A DNA stretch of 6,223 bases from a virus. The notes under the pieces are model-generated. The model was not told the origin of the DNA, did not search any database, and worked only from the letters and a program-made list of their open reading frames with translations. A program made the translations under genes and the position numbers. The stretch is taken from the IMG/VR virus record IMGVR_UViG_3300045988_008367, positions 1 through 6,223 of that record, one strand, 5' to 3'. Within the stretch, counting starts at the first letter, position 1. Each line of letters starts with the position of its first letter. This document shows, in pieces, positions 1 through 3,678 of this stretch.

Positions 1-55
1 GAAATCTGATACAATGTTTGACCTCAAATATTGTAACTGGAACAAGGATATGTTG
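1..55. repeat. Terminal redundancy, left copy (circular-genome assembly overlap). Identical to 6169-6223.
   Basis: Direct comparison: gaaatctgatacaatgtttgacctcaaatattgtaactggaacaaggatatgttg occurs at 1-55 and again at 6169-6223. The offset of 6168 is divisible by 3, so the capsid reading frame is continuous across the junction. Confidence 0.95.
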
Positions 56-1087
56 ATGGGTGTTCTTCCGAACTCTCAGTTTGGTGATGTTGCTGTTGTT
101 GATATTGAAAATTCTTCTATTCCTGATGTTGTTTTGGGCAAAGATTCTATAAAGAGTTCTATTGGTGTTGCCTCTGCTGTTTCTTCTAACACTGCAGCAG
201 TTCCTTTCTTTGCTCTTCAGGCTTCTAAAGACAATACTTTGCCTGTAGGTTCTACACTTCGTTTCGATTTGTCCACATTACAATCTCAATTTACAGTTCT
301 TGCCCTTCGCCAAGCCGAGGCCCTTCAGCGTTGGAAAGAAATCAGCCAATCAGGTGACAGTGACTATCGAGAACAAATTCGTAAACATTTTGGTGTGAAT
401 TTACCTCAAGCTCTTTCTAATATGTGTACTTATATTGGTGGTATTTCCCGCAATCTTGATATTAGTGAGGTTGTAAATAATAACCTTGCTTCTGAAGACA
501 CTACCGCTGTTATTGCTGGTAAAGGTGTCGGTGCTGGAAATGGTTCATTTACTTATACGACTAACGAGCACTGTGTTGTTATGTGTATCTATCATGCTGT
601 TCCCTTGCTTGATTATACAATTACTGGTCAAGACGGACAGTTGCTTGTCACTGATGCTGAAAGTCTTCCGATTCCTGAGTTTGATAATATTGGTATGGAA
701 GTTCTTCCTATGACGCAAATTCTCAACTCTCCCAAAGCTTCTATTGCCAATCTGTTCAATGCAGGTTATAATCCTCGTTATTTCAACTGGAAAACCAAGC
801 TTGATGTTATCAATGGTGCGTTTACCACTACTCTTAAGTCTTGGGTTTCTCCTGTTACTGAATCTCTTCTTTCTGGATGGTTTGGTTTTAGTTATAATGA
901 AGGTGATGTTAATCCGAGCACCAAGGTTATTTTGAATTATAAGTTCTTTAAGGTTAGTCCTTCTGTTCTTGATCCTATTTTTGGTGTTAATGCTGATTCG
1001 ACCTGGGATACTGACCAGCTTTTGGTCAATTCTTATATTGGTTGCTATGTTGCTCGTAATTTGTCTCGTGATGGTGTACCTTATTAA
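2..1087 (+). CDS. VP1: Major capsid protein VP1 (F-like), C-terminal part. Continues from 5405-6168 across the circular junction. TAA stop at 1085-1087.
   Basis: The reading frame is open from base 2 and in phase with 5405-6223 through the 6168-nt offset. The track ORF 14-1087 is only its first in-window ATG. The joined gene is 764 + 1087 = 1851 nt, i.e. 616 codons plus stop. Strong NNT codon bias. The N-terminal part carries microvirus capsid motifs (see feature 5405-6223). Confidence 0.93.
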   Translation, partial: KSDTMFDLKYCNWNKDMLMGVLPNSQFGDVAVVDIENSSIPDVVLGKDSIKSSIGVASAVSSNTAAVPFFALQASKDNTLPVGSTLRFDLSTLQSQFTVLALRQAEALQRWKEISQSGDSDYREQIRKHFGVNLPQALSNMCTYIGGISRNLDISEVVNNNLASEDTTAVIAGKGVGAGNGSFTYTTNEHCVVMCIYHAVPLLDYTITGQDGQLLVTDAESLPIPEFDNIGMEVLPMTQILNSPKASIANLFNAGYNPRYFNWKTKLDVINGAFTTTLKSWVSPVTESLLSGWFGFSYNEGDVNPSTKVILNYKFFKVSPSVLDPIFGVNADSTWDTDQLLVNSYIGCYVARNLSRDGVPY

Positions 1088-1101
1088 TTTTTGTTTTGAT
1101 T

Positions 1102-1584
1102 ATGATAGGAAAATTTAATTCTTTGGAATGTCTGGAACAAGGTTTTGGACTTATTCCTAATGTTGAGCCTGATGCTTTTGCAGTTGCTCCTGAATTTGAT
1201 TGCACTGAGGAACTTCGTGTAGAGATTGATGATACTGATGAAACTTGTCCGGTTCGTTATACTTCTGACGTTCGTTTGATTCTCCACACTAAGGACTTGG
1301 CTTCCCGTGCTGGTCTTGCTATTGCTTCTAAGTTTGGTCAAAGTAAACAGTCTGCTTCTCAGATTCAGCAGATTATGGATAACATGTCTGATGATGACCT
1401 TTTGGCGACGGTTCGTTCCCGGTATGTTCAGTCTCCTTCTGAGATTATTGCTTGGTCTAAAGAGTTGTCGGCTTATGCTGAAAACCTTGAATCTCAGGCT
1501 CAAGAGTTGATTGACATTGAAAACGCTAAACAAGATGCAGAAAAGGCGGTTGCTGCTTCCGCTGATGCTGCTTCCTCTGAATAA
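1102..1584 (+). CDS. Hypothetical acidic protein, 160 aa from the ATG. Possibly an internal scaffolding (VP3-like) protein; function not established.
   Basis: The track ORF 1096-1584 begins at TTG, and the first ATG is 1102. Same NNT codon bias as neighbouring genes. D/E-rich sequence (EIDDTDE, MSDDDL, C-terminal AEKAVAASADAASSE). It lies between VP1 and VP2, and its TAA (1582-1584) overlaps the VP2 ATG (1584-1586) as TAATG. I recognise no family-specific motif. Confidence 0.7.
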   Translation: MIGKFNSLECLEQGFGLIPNVEPDAFAVAPEFDCTEELRVEIDDTDETCPVRYTSDVRLILHTKDLASRAGLAIASKFGQSKQSASQIQQIMDNMSDDDLLATVRSRYVQSPSEIIAWSKELSAYAENLESQAQELIDIENAKQDAEKAVAASADAASSE

Positions 1585-2645
1585 TGGGTCTTCTTGGTTC
1601 AATCGCTGGTGGTCTTCTTGGCATTGGTTCTTCTGCTATTCAGAATTCTCAGAATAGACAGAATGTCCGGGAGACTAACCAGATGAACTATAAGATAAAT
1701 CAGATGAACAACCAGTTTAACGAGCGTATGGCGATACAGCAGCGTAATTGGCAGGAGAATATGTGGAATAAGGAAAATGCTTATAACACTGCTTCTGCTC
1801 AGCGTCAACGTCTCGAAGAAGCTGGTTTGAATCCTTATCTGATGATGAATGGTGGTTCTGCCGGTGCTGCTCAATCAGCTGGTTCTGGAGCTTCTGCCTC
1901 TTCTTCTGGTGCTGCTGTCATGCAGCCTTTCCAGGCTGATTACTCTGGTATCCAGCAGGCTATTGGTTCTGTGTTTCAATCTCAGGTCCAGCAGGCTCAA
2001 GTCTCTCAGTTACAAGGACAGAAAAACCTTGCGGATGCCCAGGCTATGCAGGCTCTCTCTAATGTTGATTGGTCTAAGATGACGAAAGAGACTCGTGAAT
2101 ACTTGAAAGCTACAGGTTTGGCTCGTGCCCAGCTTGGTTATTCCAAGGAAATGCAGGAACTTGATAATATGGCTTTTGCTGGCCGTCTTTTGCAGGCTCA
2201 GGGTACTTCCCAGTTGCTTGATGCTGAAGCCAAGACTGTTCTTAACAAATATCTTGATCAACAGCAACAGGCTGATTTGAATGTTAAGGCCTCTGAGTAT
2301 TACAATCAAATGTCTCATGGTCATTTGAACTATAATCAGGCTAGGAAGGTTCTTGCTGATGAGGTTCTTACTTATGCCCGTGCCAAAGGTCAGAAAATCA
2401 GTAATAAGGTTGCCGAAGCTACTGCTGACTCTTTGATTCGAGCTTCTAATGCTTCCAATCATTCGAATGCTGAATTTGAGATCGAAGCTTCTAAGTTCAA
2501 TCGTGAACGTGCTCGTTCTCGAAGTATTGAAGATTGGTACCGTGCCCGTAATGAAGGAAAGAAGTATAAATATTATGATGCTGACAAGATTGTGCATTAT
2601 GGTACTTCTATTGGTAATACTATAGGAAACTTCTTGCCTTGGTAG
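1584..2645 (+). CDS. VP2: Minor capsid / DNA pilot protein VP2 (H-like), 353 aa.
   Basis: Gly-rich hydrophobic N-terminus (MGLLGSIAGGLLGIGSSAIQ). Followed by the segment RQRLEEAGLNPYLMM, which I recognise as the conserved AGLNP region of microvirus VP2/H proteins. Long Q/A-rich predicted helical stretch. Position downstream of VP1. Ends TAG (2643-2645), immediately followed by an in-frame TAA. Confidence 0.85.
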   Translation: MGLLGSIAGGLLGIGSSAIQNSQNRQNVRETNQMNYKINQMNNQFNERMAIQQRNWQENMWNKENAYNTASAQRQRLEEAGLNPYLMMNGGSAGAAQSAGSGASASSSGAAVMQPFQADYSGIQQAIGSVFQSQVQQAQVSQLQGQKNLADAQAMQALSNVDWSKMTKETREYLKATGLARAQLGYSKEMQELDNMAFAGRLLQAQGTSQLLDAEAKTVLNKYLDQQQQADLNVKASEYYNQMSHGHLNYNQARKVLADEVLTYARAKGQKISNKVAEATADSLIRASNASNHSNAEFEIEASKFNRERARSRSIEDWYRARNEGKKYKYYDADKIVHYGTSIGNTIGNFLPW

Positions 2646-2667
2646 TAACTTTTGTTTGTCTTGTTTT

Positions 2668-2705
2668 GCCCGGTTCGTAGTGATACGCGCCGGGTTTTGT
2701 TATTT
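2668..2705 (+). terminator. Rho-independent-terminator-like hairpin plus T-run, downstream of VP2.
   Basis: CCCGG (2669-2673) pairs with CCGGG (2690-2694). The stem is extendable by a T2674-G2689 wobble and by C2676-G2687 and G2677-C2686. It is followed directly by TTTTGTTATTT. It lies 23 nt after the VP2 stop, at the end of the single apparent transcription unit. Confidence 0.45.
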
Positions 2706-2720
2706 GGAGTAACTTCTGGC

Positions 2721-2739
2721 AACCGCGCGTAGCGTGGTT
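2721..2739. repeat. Hairpin: 8-bp stem with a GTA triloop.
   Basis: AACCGCGC (2721-2728) pairs with GCGTGGTT (2732-2739), including one G-T wobble. The loop is GTA (2729-2731). The core GCGTAGC (2727-2733) fits the d(GC-GNA-GC) mini-hairpin pattern. Confidence 0.6.
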
Positions 2740-2815
2740 ATGCACCTCCCTGAATTCCGGGAGACTCCGTCGACTGGAATCAGAGCCGTTAGGCTATAGT
2801 ACTGCCTTCCTTAAA

Positions 2816-2839
2816 GCTTGCCGTTTGCAACGCGTAAGC
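2816..2839. repeat. Hairpin: about 10-bp stem with one bulge. Alternatively a GC-GTAA-GC mini-hairpin.
   Basis: GCTTGCCGTT (2816-2825) pairs with AACG-c-GTAAGC (2829-2839), with C2833 bulged and a G2820-T2835 wobble. The loop is TGC. The 3' arm alone reads GCGTAAGC (2832-2839). Confidence 0.5.
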
Positions 2840-2894
2840 AATTTCCCTTTAATCTCTTCTCTTCCGTCGCCGCTAAACACCTAAAATATAAATT

Positions 2895-2903
2895 GGCGAA
2901 GCC
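2895..2903. repeat. GGCGAAGCC mini-hairpin containing d(GCGAAGC).
   Basis: GGC (2895-2897) pairs with GCC (2901-2903) around a GAA loop. There is an exact GCGAAGC heptamer at 2896-2902. Confidence 0.55.
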
Positions 2904-2923
2904 TACCTGAGTTTGCCCAAAGG

Positions 2924-2948
2924 GAAAGCGATTTACCTCATCGCTTTC
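2924..2948. repeat. Perfect 8-bp inverted repeat with a 9-nt loop.
   Basis: GAAAGCGA (2924-2931) is the exact reverse complement of TCGCTTTC (2941-2948). The loop is TTTACCTCA (2932-2940). Confidence 0.65.
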
Positions 2949-3039
2949 AGTCTCCCCCTTGTCTTATATACGCAAACTCACAGACCAGCCTGCCACCCAC
3001 ATAGCTATTGTTTATTTATGTTAATAATTTACATGACTA

Positions 3040-3072
3040 TTTGTTTTTTTCAAATCTTTATTCATATCTTTG
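3040..3072 (+). promoter_or_regulatory. Candidate Bacteroidetes-type promoter: -33 TTTG and -7 TAnnTTTG.
   Basis: TATCTTTG at 3065-3072 is an exact match to TAnnTTTG. TTTG lies at 3040-3043, with 21 nt between the two elements. The site is 42 nt upstream of the first ATG of the gene chain (3114) and in the only sizeable non-coding block. Caveat: short T-rich motifs recur by chance in this genome, e.g. TAAGTTTG at 1328-1335 inside a gene. Confidence 0.3.
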
Positions 3073-3113
3073 CTCCTGTCTTTAAAACATGTCTAATTTA
3101 AATTTTTAATTTT

Positions 3114-3287
3114 ATGGAAAAGTATTATCTGTGTTCTATCCAGTCAAAGGTAAATCCTAATCAGAACGAAACTGTTCTTGTACCCGTTGACGAAGTTTCT
3201 GCATTTGTTTCTTCAAATCTTCGTCCGGATTGTATTCTTATCATTTCTCAATGTTCAACCTTTAAAGCAATTCCTGATGAAAAGTGA
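3114..3287 (+). CDS. Hypothetical protein, 57 aa (MEKYYLCSIQSKVNPNQNETVLVPVDEVSAFVSSNLRPDCILIISQCSTFKAIPDEK). First gene of the chain. Absent from the ORF track.
   Basis: Runs from ATG 3114 to TGA 3285-3287. 30 of 57 codons end in T, matching the bona fide genes. The overlapping track frame (3178-3276) has only 9 of 33. A/T-rich leader like the other starts. No recognisable homology. Confidence 0.5.
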   Translation: MEKYYLCSIQSKVNPNQNETVLVPVDEVSAFVSSNLRPDCILIISQCSTFKAIPDEK

Positions 3288-3366
3288 AACTAAATCTAAA
3301 ATCTGGTCTGCTATTATTGCAGCTGCTGTTAGTCTTCTTACGTCTATTGCACAAATATTTTCGTAA
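3277..3366 (+). CDS. 29-aa mini-ORF resembling a Sec signal peptide or single-pass membrane anchor (MKSETKSKIWSAIIAAAVSLLTSIAQIFS).
   Basis: ATG 3277 lies inside the track ORF 3178-3366. 16 of 29 codons end in T. Lys-rich n-region (residues 1-8), hydrophobic core (IWSAIIAAAVSLLT), and small residues at -3/-1 (S-I-A before Q26). It overlaps the 57-aa ORF by 11 nt. It is in the same frame as the peptidase gene, which starts 3 nt after its TAA. Confidence 0.45.
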   Translation: MKSETKSKIWSAIIAAAVSLLTSIAQIFS

Positions 3367-3369
3367 GCT

Positions 3370-3678
3370 ATGAACCCGAAATTAATGGATTTAATTGAAT
3401 GGCTTCTTCGTAAGAATGTTCATTTCGCTGTTACTTCTGCTTTTCGTACTTCAGAACAGAACATTAAGTGCGGCGGTTCTCATAATTCTCAACATCTAAC
3501 TGGTGATGCTGTTGATTTGAAGCCTATTGGTCTTTCAGTAGACGATTTTATTTTGAAAATTAAATGTTCTGGTTTTAGATTCGACCAGCTTATAAAGTAT
3601 CGCACATTTGTTCATGTTTCCTTTTCTCGTGCTCGTAGCCCCCGTCAAGTGGAATTAGATTTTACTGATAGAAAATGA
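3370..3678 (+). CDS. Peptidase M15-family (VanY / M15_3-like) zinc peptidoglycan peptidase, 102 aa. Putative endolysin.
   Basis: Exact S-x-H-x-x-G-x-A-x-D signature: SQHLTGDAVD, aa 40-49, nt 3487-3516. Preceded by VTSAFRTSEQNIKCGG, which parallels the (S/T)SGYR...N..GG block of M15_3 domains. Distal FVHVS His at aa 82, nt 3613-3615. 57 of 102 codons end in T. The TGA stop overlaps the rep ATG (ATGA at 3675-3678). Confidence 0.8.
   Translation: MNPKLMDLIEWLLRKNVHFAVTSAFRTSEQNIKCGGSHNSQHLTGDAVDLKPIGLSVDDFILKIKCSGFRFDQLIKYRTFVHVSFSRARSPRQVELDFTDRK

Larger units (their letters stand above)
2706..3000. other. GC-enriched, hairpin- and palindrome-rich non-coding island. Candidate cis-acting ssDNA element such as a complementary-strand origin; function unknown.
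   Basis: No credible ORF on either strand. Hand count of 2701-3000 gives 148 G+C of 300 (49%). Two coding samples gave 21/60 (61-120) and 25/60 (3781-3840). The T-richness of the coding strand is lost here. The island contains the hairpins listed separately. Confidence 0.6.

Noticed and set aside
2668-2695. GGTTCG (2672-2677) reminiscent of a tRNA T-loop, raising the question of a tRNA gene or tRNA-derived att site.
   Set aside because: No acceptor, D or anticodon arms can be drawn around it. The segment is better explained as the terminator-like hairpin.
2700-3000. Possible self-cleaving ribozyme, CRISPR repeat or other named RNA in the structured island. CTGAGTT at 2906-2912 was checked against the hammerhead CUGANGA core.
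   Set aside because: The hammerhead core does not match. There are no direct repeats with spacers. I cannot recognise any Rfam-type consensus by eye, so a covariance-model scan is needed before naming anything.
2999-3026. dif/XerD-arm-like sequence TTATGTTAATA (3016-3026), which could suggest XerCD-mediated integration as proposed for some integrase-less phages.
   Set aside because: Only the right arm resembles the E. coli dif XerD arm (TTATGTTAAAT). The 11 nt at the expected XerC-arm position (ACATAGCTATT) show no match and no dyad symmetry. The motif is A/T-rich within A/T-rich DNA.
2913-3101. 62-aa TTG-initiated ORF in the non-coding block, including a 27-aa hydrophobic ATG-initiated tail (3018-3101, MLIIYMTICFFQIFIHIFAPVFKTCLI) that could be read as a small membrane or lysis peptide.
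   Set aside because: The 5' half crosses the GC-rich hairpin island with no coding periodicity. The tail lies in T-rich leader DNA, where Phe/Ile/Leu codons arise by composition alone. It also overlaps the candidate promoter. It cannot be fully excluded without comparative data.
3178-3366. Track ORF of 62 aa treated as a single gene.
   Set aside because: It needs a TTG start, and its first 33 codons have only 9 T-ending codons. The overlapping ATG-initiated frame 3114-3287 has 30/57. Only the part from ATG 3277 looks coding.
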